Shown here: piece after piece, positions 23,652-37,165 of the stretch | Position numbering within the stretch: the stretch's first letter is position 1 | Layout of the letters: each line of letters begins with the position of its first letter | Assembly (NCBI GenBank): GCA_051313645.2 | Contig: JBNRSN020000003.1 | Location: forward strand, 78,492,001-78,556,000 | Direction: 5' to 3' | DNA: 64,000 nucleotides | Source of the DNA: Centroscyllium fabricii | Lineage: Eukaryota | Notes under the pieces: generated by a model | Told to the model about the DNA's origin: nothing | The model's database searches: none | The model's input: only the letters and a program-made list of their open reading frames with translations | Program-made: the position numbers and the translations under genes

Positions 23652-23848
23652 TCATAGAATCATAGAAACTTACAGCACAGAAGGCGGCCATTAGAGCCGT
23701 CATGCCTGTGCTGGCTCTTTGAAAGAGCAGTCGTGCTTCGTCCCACATCCCCACTTTCTGTCCATAACTCTAAGTTCCTCATCCTCAAGTACATGTCCAA
23801 CCTCCTTTTAAAATTATTCATGAAATCAGCTTCCACTGCCTTTTCAGG
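23652..23848 (-). mobile_element. CR1 3'-terminal fragment
   Basis: catagaatcatagaaacttacagcacagaaggcggccatt.. is a reverse CR1 tail and stem-loop. Confidence 0.75.
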
Positions 23849-25003
23849 AGACTAATAACAAAGGTTAAAGCACATGGGATACAGGGCAACTTGGCACAGT
23901 GGATTCAAAATTGGCTGGGGGATAGGAGACAAAGGGTAATGGTAGAGGGCTGCTTATGTGACTGGAAACCAGTAACCAGCGGTGTCCCCCAAGGATCGGT
24001 TTTGGGACCCTTACTGTTTCTAGTATACATCAATGATTTGGACATGGGAGTAGGGGGTACGATCAGCAAATTTGCTGATGATACGAAAATTGGAAGGGTG
24101 GTAAATAACGATGAAGATAGTAAAAGGCTCCAGGAAGATATAAATGTAATGGTTAGTTGGGCAGAAAAATGGCAAATGGAGTTCAACCCAGAGAAATGCG
24201 AGGTCATACAATTCGGCAGACCAAATGGGGTAAGGGAATATACCATGAACAAAAAAACGTTAGGTAGGACCGAGGAACAGAGGGACCTTGGGGTACAGGT
24301 GCACAGCTCCCTGAAGGTTGCTGGACACGTAAACAAGGTGGTTAAGAAGGCATACGGAATTCTGGCCTTTATTAACCAGGGCATAGTATACAAAAGTAGG
24401 GAGGTAATGTTAAACTTGTATAACACGCTGGTGAGACCTCAGCTGGAGTACTGTGTGCAGTTCTGGTCACCGCACTTCAGGAAGGATGTGGTTGCCCTGG
24501 AGAGGGTGCAGAGAAGGTTTACCAGGATGATACCTGGTCTGGGGGACTTATGCTACGAGGAAAGGCTGGACAGGCTGGGGTTGTTTGCCTTGGAGAAGAG
24601 AAGATTGAGGGGTGACATGATTGAGGTGTACAGGATCATGAGAGGACACGATAGGGTGGATAAAGGGGCATTGTTTCCCTTGGTGGGAGAGTCAAGTACT
24701 AGGGGACATAGATTCAAGATTAGGGGGGGGGAGGTTTAGGGGGGAGGTAAGGAGAAATGTCTTTACTCAGAGGGTGGTGGAAGTGTGGAACTCCCTGCCT
24801 GTAAGGGTGGTGGAGGCAGAAACCATCGCAACATTTAAAAAATATTTGGACCAGCACATGAAGGACCGTAACATACAGGGTTATGGGCCAGGTGCGGGCA
24901 AATGGGGTTAGTATAGTGAGGAGTTTCCTGGGCCGGTGCGGACTGGATGGGCCGAATGGCCTTTATCCGCACTGTAAAGTTTCTATGATTCTATGATTCT
25001 ATG
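23849..25003 (+). mobile_element. Young CR1 (HER1-like) LINE, 5'-truncated, RT C-half largely open
   Basis: 282-aa open frame [42 protein letters not shown]; (TTCTATGA)n tail. Confidence 0.92.
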
Positions 25004-25818
25004 ATAAACATGGCTTGTATTCCCTTGAGTTTAGAAGGTTGAGGGGTGATTTAATTGAGGTGTTTACAATGATAAAGGGAGTTGGCAGGATAGATGCAGA
25101 AAAAAGGGGCATAATCTTAGAATTAGAGCTAGGCCACTTAGCAGTGAAATTAGAAATCGCTTTTACATATAAAGGGTAATGGAAATCTAGAATTCTCTCC
25201 TCCAAAAGGCTGTGGATGCTGGGTCTATTAAAATATTCAAGACTAAAATCGATAGATTTTTGTTAGGAAAGGGTATCAAGGGATATGGCGCACAGGCAGG
25301 TAAATGGAGTTGAGGCACCGATCGGCCATGATCGAATTGAATAGCGGAACAGGCTTGAGGGGCTGAATGGCCTACTCCCATTCCTATATGCTTAAGTATT
25401 CACACTGATGCATCATTTCTGTCCACATACATACCAGCATGTAAAATCTGTAGAATATATTTGCATGGCTTTATCCTGATGTGACTGAATCTCAGCAGGT
25501 GAAAGTCTGTATTATGTACATTAGGGGGCAAGATGATTCTGTTGCAATTTTGTTTTATTTTGTCTGAACATCGCAGTATTGTGTTTATGTGGGCTAGACA
25601 TATTGGTGTAAACTGGATAATCTAACTTGATAGGCAGGAATTAACAGCTGCTATAGAATGCTGCAGTAAGTGGTCAGGAGAATTCCTGTTATAGTAAAGA
25701 TATTCCAACATCGGAGTTTAATGATGTGTGTTTCTCATACAAACCATAATGCTGCACAGAATACTCTGCCACACAAGTTAAAATATGGGTCTACACTGCA
25801 GAATCAAACCTGCATATA

Positions 25819-26163
25819 CAGGTTGAGCACCGTTAATCCGGCACCCTCGGGACCAGGCCGGTGCCGGACCACTGAAAAATCCGAACCACTGAAGGTTCGG
25901 GGGAGCGTGTGGTAGAACACTCCCCGTGGCCCGGAGCGCGCGGTAGAACACTCCCCGGGAGGGAGCCCGGGGTTAGAACACTTACAAAACCTAAAAAAAC
26001 AGAAACCCAAATGCTCGACGCCTTCGGTGCTCGCTCACTCTTCGCGGGCAACGGTGGCGCCGCCGAGCGGCTGCTCCGTAAAATGAAGAGCGCCGGTTTC
26101 CAATCGTGCCGGACCACTGAAGCTGCCGGACCATCGGGTGCCGGATTACCAGTGCTCAACCTG
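25819..26163 (+). mobile_element. Tigger/pogo-like MITE, copy C
   Basis: TIRs CAGGTTGAGCACCGTTAATCCGGCACC / GGTGCCGGATTACCAGTGCTCAACCTG; TA TSD at 25817-18 and 26164-65. Confidence 0.88.
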
Positions 26164-28780
26164 TACTTTATATCCATTTTAACTTTTCCAGAAGTTTTAA
26201 TTGTATTTGTCTTCTGTTGCTTTGTGATAACTGGCTAGAGTTAAGGCAGCATTAGAGTCACAGTGAACGCAATGTGCTCTTAAAAATCTGAACAGTATAT
26301 AGCCTTTAACTGCATTGAATTACAACTATATATTGCTTGTTTGGTGCAAATCAGAACATGGCTCATGAAGTAAGCAATCTTAATGCATATTATTGTACAA
26401 TTACTGGTACCACAGTGACGTTTCAAAATAAACAGCTGAACGATTTTTCTGGCTGAATGCTTAACTTAAAGAAAGATAGAGAATCAGAGTCACGCTGTTT
26501 CACATTGCACACAGAAAACATACACTTACAGTATTTAACATCAATTGTTAATGAATTGAGTATAGGAAAATACATATTAAAATATTTTCATTCATTTTAA
26601 TCTAGTTTAAAGAGCAAAATATTCATTTGGAACATTCAAATACATAAGTTGCATCCCAGTGTTTTAATAAAGAAAAAAATAACAAAACAATGGAGCCCTT
26701 TGAAAGTCAGTAACATTTTTACACTATATCCAAAAATCAGTTGCTTTTATTTTTGAGTGCTTAGCATTGTGGGCCTGTTCATGTGATCTATTTTTTTCAG
26801 AATATACAATTACAGAAAATCTGATGGAAAAAAAATATTTATCAGGAGCTGTGCGAGTTCTCAGAATGTTAATTCAGACACTGCCTTTTTAGAAAGCAAC
26901 ACTAATGTAAACATGTCCTGTAGGAGGATCGTTCTTATTATGACAGCTTAACCATGCTATTCCCTTTTTATCTAATATACTGCAGGCTCCCAATTTTATT
27001 TTTATTTACACACTATTCATTTAAATTGCAATTTTTTAAGTAAGTCTGGGGGGCTTATTTGAGGACTTTTTAACTTGCTGCTGTAAGAATGCAGACATAT
27101 CCTGGAGTAAACAGATCACAGAACCACTGCGACAGATCCAGTCACGAAGAAGAATCTAACCGATTTCAAAACGTCATGTGTTGTTTGGGTATTATTTTAA
27201 TGCACTTTATTTTTGCTGGTAGGGATTTACAAATGTATCTGACACAGTTGAGCTTAATGTCACTGAGGCATCGAGTACGACACTTTCAATGTGTAGAGGA
27301 TGTGATCAACAGCTCATACTTTTGCCATTGCAAACAAAAAGAGCATGTAATTCATTATTCATACTGCCTCCTCATGCTCATTAAAGCTGTACAAATTACT
27401 CTTAATTAAAAAAATCAAAACAATAGGAATTAGAGGGCTTTTTTAATAAAAAAGATGTGAATTAAGATATAAAGATAATAAAACTTGGATCACTTTTTAT
27501 TTATGGATCAATTAATCATGTATGCCACAGTCAAAAGAAAGTTAAACCTTACAATGGTTTTACTGATCTATGATTTCTGGTATAAAGTTGCGCTTTCCTG
27601 CATAGTCAGCTAATCCATAAATACAAACAATTAGGTTTCATTATTTTAAATCTCATACCATTAGAACTAATTAAACCAAGTTAAGATTCAGGAAATTTGT
27701 TGAGAAGACCTATACTAGAATTAAAATTAAAAAGGATGAGGTCATGCTGCTTTGTGGCCTGTATCCATTCTGCACGCAGTTGAAATAACATTTTTGTTAC
27801 TTCCAACAGAAAATCAAATTATCACAATGATTAAAGTATGCATAATTTGGAAATCAAAAGCATTACTTTAAATGTGCATGAACTGTATGTGTGGGAGATC
27901 ATTGGTCATTTTAAAAAGATCTGGCTGCCTTGATGGAAGACACTGATGATTTCGCTAAGCAACTTTTCTGTAGCGTTTACTTCATTTTGGGATATTGCTC
28001 TTTTGACAAAGGCCTGACATCAATGGCTGGGACTTGTTAGTCACTTGCGAAGTCTAGCAGTTACAACAATTAAATCAGTCAGCCACAGACACATTCAGAT
28101 CACTGGCACTAAAATTTAACACAGCCATAGGATAAACATTATTCCACCGACACTTGCATCTTTCCTTTAACTTTTTAGCATGGTAATCAGAATGAACTCA
28201 AATGTGGACCATACAATTTAAGATATTCTTGGATAAAATGTGAGGACAGAAAACAGCAGGAGTATCACTCGAGGTGTGTAATCTAACATGGCTATAGAAT
28301 CACAGAAGGAAATTGAGTTCTCCTCGAATATTCTGAATGGAATGAACTGCACGAAGACAAGGGTGATCGTGCTCAGAACTACAGTGCCTTTTTTCTTAAC
28401 AAAAAATGAAATGAATTCAATCACAAAAAGAACAGACTTCTATCTATTCGTAACAGGCACACATGCCAGCTTGCTATGTAACCAGCAGTGCTGACAGATG
28501 TCCATTTTATTCAATGGATTCTACCTGAATAGACACTCTGCCCGAAAAAACATACAAAAATGAGTAACATGATACAGCGATTGCTGCTCTACCTCTTTAG
28601 CGGTATTGTTTGATGCACCATTGTAGCTATACCAATATTCACACACCAAGTCACAGCATACAAAAATAAAATTACTGACTTGTCTGCGATGATACATTAA
28701 AAATTATAAATCTGTGACAGGCGAAGTTTGCAATAGTAAAATTAAAATGAAGTTTTAGTAAAAAGAAATGCATTAGTTAC

Positions 28781-28816
28781 CGTTAAATGGTACTGTCTCC
28801 ATATTTCAGGACAATC
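28781..28816 (-). CDS. ZCCHC7: ZCCHC7 (Air1/2 homolog, zinc knuckle protein) 36-nt internal exon, DCPEIWRQYHLT
   Basis: AG acceptor at 28818-17 and GTAAC donor at 28780; phase 0; completes the CX2CX4HX4C begun in the upstream exon; IWRQYHLT is the conserved ZCCHC7/Air IWRxY motif. Confidence 0.9.
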
Positions 28817-30110
28817 CTATAAGAGAGGGAAAGAAAGACCATCAGCTCAGGGCAAGTGATACACCAGCTTAACAGGACGGATGTTTTGGTCTAATAAACA
28901 GCCACTGATCTTTATTTGAAAAAAGGTTAGACCAAAAGGATTTCATTAAAGCTTTAGAAATGCAAACTTTCCTTGTCTGGTCGACAGTTTAACAGAATTT
29001 CAGACGCATCATAAATAAATGGAGGACCCAAGATAATGGATTTGAAATTAATAAAAGTACTTTATAACATTCAGTGGCGTGTTTAGAATTTGGACAGACA
29101 GCAAAACTGTTATTGGTCAACCGACTACTGGATGCAGACAATTCTAATTCATGGAGTTGAAATTTTCCCTGAACTTGACCAAGTAGAGATAATCTCCCTA
29201 CAAGAGATTCTCAGCTAATGAGCAGGAACCTTCTCAAAAAACGGCAACAAAAGTATGGACACTCTTCAGAAAAAGTTCAAATTGAATGTTTTATACACAA
29301 GAAATTCAAAACAGTACAACTATAAAAGAGTTTACTCTCTATTTTCAAACCAATGTGATGATCTCTTGAGACCATCAGGTTTGCTATTCCCTATTTTTGA
29401 TTAAGAATTGCTATAACCAAGGTTGTTGTTTTTGTCCAGGTATCAAGTACCCCCATGCCCCACCCAAATAAAATGAACCATCACATTTTGCAAATTCTGA
29501 CAGCACTGAAATGGGACAAAAATTGAGCAGATGTTTGCCGATTATTTAAGAATTTTTTTGTGACGCAACTGTTTTATGTTCGGTATTCATGCACAATCTT
29601 GGAGTCTAACAATGCAAGGGACTATTTCAAGCAAATCACTTTTAGCCATGGAACGACCTAAGCAGTGTACATTTACTGTACTGTATGTTGAATATTTATG
29701 GAAATTAGTCAATTCTTCAGCAACTCACTGGTAAAATTAATTAAAAAAATTTAGACCAAGATTTCAATTATTATTTTGTTAGTCTTTTAAAAGTAACAAT
29801 GATTAAGAAAAAATAAGCCAGCGGGAACATTTCTGCACCCCAATCAAATAGATAGGAACACAAGGTTTTTTTAAATTGACTCAACCATTGTAAATAAAAA
29901 TATGCTTTGCAGTTTTACATATTGATCTGATTGTCCTTTATAAAAATAAAATAGAAAATATTAGAAATGAAGAGAGAAACATATTACATTTTTTAGAGTT
30001 CTCTTATAAGCAACAAAGGCTTTTCACTTTTCCTCCATTTTTGTTTACTGGCAGTCCGTCTAGATGAAATAATTGGGATTTTAAATATAAATAAAGAAAA
30101 TCTTCTATTT

Positions 30111-30418
30111 CATAGAATCCCTACAGTGCAGTAGAGGCCATTTCGGCCCATCGAGCCTGCACCGACACACATCCCACCCTATCCCCGTAACCCCACATAT
30201 TTAATCCCCCTAACACTAAGGGTCAATTTATCCTGGCCAATCAACCTAACCCGCACATCTTTGGACTGTGGGAGGAAACCGGAGCACCCGGAGGAAACCC
30301 AGGCAGACACGGGGAGAATGTGCAAACTCCACACAGATAGTCACCCGAGGCCGCATTTGAACCCGGGTCTCTAGTGCTGTAAGGCAACAGTGCTAACCAC
30401 TATGCCACTGTGCCGCCC
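30111..30418 (-). mobile_element. HE1-like V-SINE
   Basis: Reverse complement of tRNA head, V-domain and tail. Confidence 0.9.
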
Positions 30419-30881
30419 TTAGTTTACTGCACTTTGGGCAACCAACACCCAAATCTGCTGCACTGAGCTTTTGTTTTAAATATACAGAAAATCCTTAATT
30501 TTCTCCTCTTTGTAGGTGGGACCCCATAAAATGAAACCTTTGTAAAAAACAAAAACACAGCAGCAGCATGGAGTGTGATGGGTTAGCCTTCTGAATACTT
30601 ACTCACAAGTGTGTGTTGTTGCAGGTCAACTCAAGATATTCAGGTTAAAATGCCCTCTGGCTGTTTGTACATTAGCACTGACATGTTAACAGATTGTGTG
30701 TAGAAATTGTTGCTAACATGTATTTTGGAAAACTGATTAATTTCCTTTTTCTTGCTGAGGATTCATCTCAGTGTGTATCGCTAGAACACTTGAGTCACGA
30801 ACAAAATTGTCTTTCCATTCTCTTCCTGTATAGTGATAATTGAACATCATAGTTGGGATGATACAGGTGGCATGAGTATGT

Positions 30882-31258
30882 GGTGCACGGTGGCACAGTG
30901 GTTGGCACTGCTGCCTTGCAATAAGGAGCTCCTGGGTTCGAATCCTACTTGGCCCGGGACCTCTCTGCGTGGAGTTTGCATGTTCTCCCCGTGTTAGTGT
31001 AGGTTTCCTCCGGGTAATCCGGTTTCCTCCCACCACCCAAAGACATGCAGGTTAGGTGAATTGGAGATACTAAAAATTGCCCATGAGTATGTGTGTGAGA
31101 TATAGTTCTTAGAGTTGGGGGTGTCGGGGGATATGGGGAGTGGGTAGGAGCGGGGTGCTGGGTTTGGATGATCAGCCATGATCTCGTCAAGAAATGGTGG
31201 AGCAGGCTCGAAGGGCCGAATGGCCTACTCCTGCTCCTATCTTCTGTGTTTCTGTGTC
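30882..31258 (+). mobile_element. Divergent V-SINE with CR1-type tail
   Basis: GGTTCGAATCC B-box; tggagtttgcatgttctccccgtg; tail gatcagccatgatc..gcaggctcgaagggccgaatggcctactcctgctcc. Confidence 0.85.
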
Positions 31259-31999
31259 TGCACTCTAGCTAAAGTACTTTTTCATACGCACAAGAAATAG
31301 AAATAGATTTGTTGATACACCCTTATATTTTAATTTTACTTTCCCAAAAGTTAAATTTCTTTGTGTTCTTTCGATTTGCATTTTCTATTTTTTTCTGCGT
31401 GCAAAATACTTATTTCTGTAACTTTGGCAGGAAGTGCACATTTCTCAGCTTTCAACAGTTCTACACAGAAAATTTATTTTCAACAGACACGGTGCTGCCT
31501 CAGCTCATGCGCCTTTTCTCTGTATAATTTATCAGGTGTAAATTACAGTTTTGAAAAATAAAATACAGCTTTGTGCATCTGCTGTTTAATTCCTACTTCC
31601 CTATTCTCAAATGTGAACATCAAAGAAAATAAAACACTCAATTTTTAACAGGCCCCGACAGCTGACAGAGACTTGAGTGCTCAATAGACAGGGCCCTTGC
31701 CACCAGTTCTCATATTTCCACAACAATGAACAAACACAAAACACCACTAAACGGCCTTTCCTTCTTTCAGCTATCCTTAGACAGTTGTCTGTCTTGTACT
31801 AGAGGACCTTTATACAAAATACTGCTGGGAACAGAACACACAAAATTTTAACCTACTGTTTCGCGACTTGCAGAAAAAAATCCCAAAATGCATATACATA
31901 CTCACACACTGTATGTATATGTAACCACAAATGGGTAAATTAGCAAAAATTCTACTCTGCCAGGAGGTCTCTGGGAGAAAATGTAGCTGTGATGACTGA

Positions 32000-32139
32000 N
32001 NNNNNNNNNNNNNNNNNNNNNNNNNNNNNNNNNNNNNNNNNNNNNNNNNNNNNNNNNNNNNNNNNNNNNNNNNNNNNNNNNNNNNNNNNNNNNNNNNNNN
32101 NNNNNNNNNNNNNNNNNNNNNNNNNNNNNNNNNNNNNNN
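32000..32139. other. Assembly gap (140 N)
   Basis: Run of N. Confidence 1.
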
Positions 32140-32828
32140 ACACTGACAAGCAGAGGATACAATAACAGAATGCACGTCACATACATGCATAACATTGGTA
32201 CTGGTAATGGCAGGTCCTAATGAGTGAGCGGCTTGCCCAGGAGACTTGGGACCCTGCTGCTACATCCGTTCCACTCAGAAAAAGTCTTGCAGCACTAACT
32301 GATCTGTGGCCTGGCACCAGAACTACAATCACTGTAGACAACTTACATTTCTATTTTTACTGCAATCTCTGGTGTTTTGTCAGCTTGGTTTTTGTTAAGG
32401 ATGCCCTGCTGCATGCTGTAAGTCAGCTCAACACAGCAAGGTCAGGTCCACTGGAAGTTGCTTTATGGGAAACAGTGAATTTGTTTTACACTTCAGTGCA
32501 GTCACACATCTAATCAATCTATACCCTTAAAATCTAAATATCTTTAAAAATGTTTTGAGATGTGGCCAGTGTTTACATTTTAAAAAGTGTCTCAAGATGA
32601 AAGAATATGTTTTAATGTAACAAAGCATTCTACATCAGTGGCAGGTCAAAATTCACAAATATTGAAATTACAAAACAAAAGAATTACAGCTATAAACACA
32701 AAGGAATAAGTGCAAACTGATTTCTTAATGATAGCATTTTGGGAGTTCACAGTGTATTCACCCATCTCATTTTAAATAGCAGGCATGCCATTGATATTCT
32801 TTGTTTCTTTAATGAATAAAATACTCAC

Positions 32829-32999
32829 ATCAGCGTAGTGACCGGTCATCTGACAGCGATGACACCTTTTTTTCCAATATGCCCTTTCAATGCAGTTCTG
32901 AAACCAGTGCCCAGGCAAGTTGCAGTTTGTACAATATGTCTTTGGGCAGCCTTTCTTAAGGTGACCTCTAACCCCACATAAACAACAGGATAGCAATTT
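32829..32999 (-). CDS. ZCCHC7: ZCCHC7 171-nt internal exon with CCHC zinc knuckles
   Basis: KLLSCCLCGVRGHLKKGCPKTYCTNCNLPGHWFQNCIERAYWKKRCHRCQMTGHYAD; TTGCAG acceptor at 33000; GTGAGT donor at 32828; phase 0 joins the 36-nt exon. From memory, the 171+36 exon sizes match human ZCCHC7. Confidence 0.9.
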
Positions 33000-33978
33000 C
33001 TGCAAGGAAAGACAATTTAACATTTTTAACAAACTTGCAGATTATCGAATGTTGCCTTGTAACAGATATAATAGGAGAGAATTACCATTCAGCATTGGTT
33101 TCCTTGAGCTTTTGTTCCAATTATTTGAGTACTGTTCTTGAAAATTCAAGCATGATAGAAGAGTAAAAAATATCAATTGAAATAATCTATACGCATTGTG
33201 ATTTTATAATTATAATATTATAATATATAAATCTAAATAAAATGTTGTGAACTTGTCGGGTCTAATTTTTAAACTTAAAGTACAGGTTCCGTTGATGCTT
33301 TTCATTTGTTAGTTTGATTTGGGTGCTCATCATTTCACCAGTATCGTCCATTGTTTCTGGTTCTGACAAACTTGCAACTGATGGGAATAAACTCTGCTGA
33401 CGATCTGCATGGTTATCTTGCATCATAATACACACATGACAGATATAATATATTATTATGGAACTGGTGGATCTCACAGAGTGTTGCTCATAGTGAGCCA
33501 AAGGATATGCTGTTCTATAATATTCTATATATTATACTACCAGGAAAAATATATTGAATTAAAAAATCAGAGTAAAACAGGCCCTGTGTTGCATGTGCAA
33601 TTGCCCCAATTTTCAAAAGAAAAACAGCTCAGAAACAAGAATGAGGCACCTCAATCGGAAAAAGGAATGGAATTAAGTGGCAAATAATTTAAGCCAAGCA
33701 AAATATATTGGACTAAAAATCAGAGGAAAGCTGGGGCATCCTGAACAGCTAACTTTTCAGGAAAATAGAAAACCTTAAAATGTACAGAAACAAAAATGAG
33801 ATACATCAGTCAATAAATGGCAAGCAACTATAAAGACCAGTTGGTCTTGTCTGCCATTTTCATACATTTGTACAAATTGAAAGAAATTAAACAGGCCCCT
33901 ACAGAAGGCACTGTTACATGGATTTACACATCAACATCAACCATGTTGATAAATCTACTCATTTTCTGGTGACATTTG

Positions 33979-34780
33979 ATGGGGGGGATTTTAACTCCAA
34001 AGGATGGTTGGATAAGGGGCGGGTCCTGCCCGACCCCAACCTGCTCACCTCCGATTTTAACGAAGGTGGGACATGAGGTGGGCGACCAACCCGCTCTCAG
34101 AAGGTGGGTCGGTCACTAAAATCTTTTAAGGAAGCTGTGTGCCACTATTTTAACTCTATTTTCATGAGATAAGTCTCATTATTGGACTGCTTGTGGGCCA
34201 GGATGAGCAGGAGTGTTTACCCCAGGCCCAACAAGCTTACCTCCACGCAATTGGTCGACCCCCAGCGATGTCAAATTCACCCCCCACAATCTCCAAATCC
34301 CCCCACAATGCTGAATTCACCAACCCCTGCTCCAACCTCCCCGATATCCGTATTCCACCTCCGATGTCAGGCGTTCCCTTCCCCCAACAAGGTCCGTATC
34401 TTCCCACGAAGTCCAACATTTCTCTCCCACCCAGCAATGTCCCTATCTCACCCCCCCATGATGACCCTATCTCCTTCCCGCGACGTCCGTATCTTCCCTC
34501 CCCTCGCGATGTCCGGATCTTGCCCCTGCAACGTTTGTATCTCACCCCTCACAATATCCGACCATCCCACGATGTCAGACTGACCTGACACCCGCTCCCT
34601 GGCAGCTTTCCAGCCCAACAGACAGAAAGCCCATCAATCTGGACTAACGTCAGGCAAAAAACCTATTGAATTTTTTTTTTAAAGATGCCCTGTCATTAAA
34701 TTTGGCAGAACGTGCTGGAAACCCTTACTGCCGGGTTTCCCGTCCGCAAATCCTCCCCTCCTCTCCCCTTCCCAGCCTTA
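33979..34780. mobile_element. Non-autonomous GC-rich element of the GGG..ATTTT-ended (Harbinger-like) class, with internal degenerate ~20-bp C-rich repeats (34260-34590)
   Basis: Left end gggggggattttaact; recurring ccccgatgtc/cgtatcttccc units; right end uncertain. Confidence 0.5.
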
Positions 34781-35853
34781 ATTTTTTTTAATGGGTTTAT
34801 GGTATAAATGTGCCGATGTAAACTAGGCTGCCTCAAATCAAGATGGTTTGAAAAAAATCTTTGGAATCTTTCCAAATTGCTGGAACGTCAAAGCAATAAT
34901 GGCACAGCGACGTCAATCTGGGACCTCATGAGCATCGTGCCCAATGGTCTATGTCCTTAACCAAGAAAAGAAAATAGAGAAAGGAACAGAGCGAATGATG
35001 GAGACAGAAACAGGGTGAGAGTTAGAGTCAAATTAGATATAGAAAGAGAAAGAGAGAGAGGGAAAGAGTAGATTGAGAGAGCTAGAAAAAAGAGACAGAA
35101 AGGAAAAGAAAGAAAATCATTCAAAAGATCAAGCAGAAAAAGGATAGTGTAACGCAGTTGTGTTTGGAAATTGGTCCTTGAAAAGTTAATGAGTGAATGG
35201 CAGGGTAGGTGTGCAAAATGTACAGACATTCTTGACATGAAGTACAGAACCATTGGTCTCGTCCATCATGATCAGGAACAGTGGAACTCCTTTCATAGGA
35301 GAATGGAAATTGCTGGAAGAAAATAGACCAAGGTCCTTCTACCATCTTGGTAGTCACATGATAATGGAGTTGTTGGCTAATCATAGCAATCAATCTCTAT
35401 CAATTAGTCTACAACAGACCCAGAAATGACAGTAGGAAAACCCCCAGTGGTGGAGTTCTTTGGGAACCATAGGCCCAAAGTCACCTTTTTACTCCCACGC
35501 ATGCTATGCGCTTGCCATGTCATGTCTCAAATGAGTCATATACTGTATCTCAATATATCTTTATTTTGAAAAAATCTATTTAATTTGTACTTGTGTCAAA
35601 ACAGCTTTGCATCTTTAAAATGGTTGCCTTTCAACACTAACAGGAGTGTAAATGACACAAAAATACTGCCATGTCAGATAAAATAAAACCTCTAGGAGCA
35701 ATTCACTAGCTGCTGGAGTGAGACTCCACAGCTTCATTGTTCCCTTTTTGGCCTCCAAGATTCATCGTGTCAAAGACACATTCATCCAGTCAGAGTATAA
35801 AGGTGGTTCCCTTAATCAGCGCACCGGGAAAGTAAGCTTCTATGCCACTGATG

Positions 35854-36588
35854 GGGGGGGGCTTTTCATCTCCCCGTGAGGCGGGGTTTTCGGCGGCCCG
35901 GCCGACAACATCGCGCAACCGGCAGGTCCCGCCCCCCCCTCCCCCGCTTTCTCATTTCCCCCCGCCCAGATTCCCCGCCCCGAAACCTTCCCGCCGCCGG
36001 CTGGCGGGGATGGGTTGTCACCTCGTTAAGAGCCCTTAATTGGCATCTTTAATGCTATTTTAAGGGCCCTCAGCCATTTTGCCCTGTTTCCCGCCCTAAC
36101 CCCGCCACCCTAAACCCCACTGGGTGAAACCCAGCGGGAGCACAGCGCTGCTTATTACTTTCTCCTTCAAGGTGTGATGGAAATGCTGCCAAATGCTTGG
36201 CATGCCTCCAGCACCTTAGAGGAGTAAGTAACTCCGCTGTGGCTGCAGCAGCTGTGAGCAGAAACTGAGAAATCTCAGTTCTGAAGATTTGCTCACAGCT
36301 GCTGCCGAGCTGTCAAGAATTCTGAGCCCACCCGTCCACCTGTCAGTCACCAGCACTTGACCGTTCCCATTGGTTCCACTCGACTGGAACTGTCAATCAA
36401 GCTGCTCGCAGCCCCGATGCAGCCCGACGCGATTGACCTAATTACCTCCCGCTGCCGCCGGCGGGGATTTAACAACCTAATTAAACTAAAATTGCGTGGC
36501 CTTCCCAGCTGTTTGGGCGGGCGGGGCTGGAGGCGGCCCAGACCAATCCCCGCCAGGTTCCCGCCCTTCCGGCGAAATCCGCCCCCCC
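35854..36588. mobile_element. Non-autonomous Harbinger-like element
   Basis: G-run/C-run ends (gggggggcttttc..gaaatccgccccccc) with ATG on both sides; shares internal blocks (agcccttaatt, tattttaagggccctcagc, aactgtcaatca, ccggcggggattta) with 47289-48157. Confidence 0.6.
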
Positions 36589-37061
36589 ATGGAGTTTAAT
36601 CACCAGCAGTAATTTTAGTACATATTTAAGGATCAATGGCTACTCAAGCTACCTTGGCTACGGCATGCATCACTGCTGGCCAAAGGCAGAAATTTCAGGC
36701 CAGTACCACAGTATGTGAAGGGGAGGACCTCCTTCTGAGCCAGAATGACATCGTCAATTCTTAGGCAAGCAGCCCAGTTTAGTCTTTCTATGTGTGGAGT
36801 GCAGTTGAATTTGTTGAAGGTCTTCAAGAAAATGTTTCCTCTAATTTTTCTTTCCCATGCACGGTCCCCTTAACTGGCTGCGCGGCCCATTTAGATTTTC
36901 GGGCATGTGTGGTTTCTCCCATGTAAAAGCTGGCGAACGGCCTGCCCGGAACCTCCAGACTCTTACGCGACCGTACAGCTTAACGGGAACGTTGTTTCAA
37001 GGTGAATCAATTTAATGTGTGCACGACTGGGCGCCAAGCAAGGGGTGAAAGAAATTGTTAA

Positions 37062-37165
37062 TAAAAACAGAAAATGCTGGAAATACTCAGCAGGTCAGGC
37101 AGAATGTGTGGAGAGAGAAACAGAACTAACTAAAGGTCATCGACCTAAAACGTTAACTCTGTTTT
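37062..37165. mobile_element. Fold-back Penelope terminal fragment
   Basis: aaaacagaaaatgctggaaatactcagcagg..gagagaaacaga joined to an inverted degenerate hammerhead part aaggtcatcgacctaaaacgttaactctgttt. Confidence 0.6.

Larger units (their letters stand above)
19850..25390 (+). mobile_element. Old CR1 LINE (pieces 19850-20693, 23365-23650, 25003-25390) hosting nested insertions
   Basis: Degenerate [30 protein letters not shown] resumes at 23365 (aagttaggagacacagtaagttgtg) and ends with a CR1 3' stem-loop at ~25320-25390. Confidence 0.75.

Noticed and set aside
23652-25003. Single CR1 with twin-priming inversion
   Set aside because: Both pieces carry their own, different 3' tails, so they are two separate insertions.
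32772-33032. Stand-alone 86-aa ORF or retroviral gag knuckle
   Set aside because: The knuckles are bounded by splice sites and continue in a separate IWRQYHLT exon; the ORF ends are intronic read-through.
33262-33687. ORFs of 79 and 92 aa near the ZCCHC7 exon as additional exons
   Set aside because: No recognisable ZCCHC7 motif or convincing splice context.
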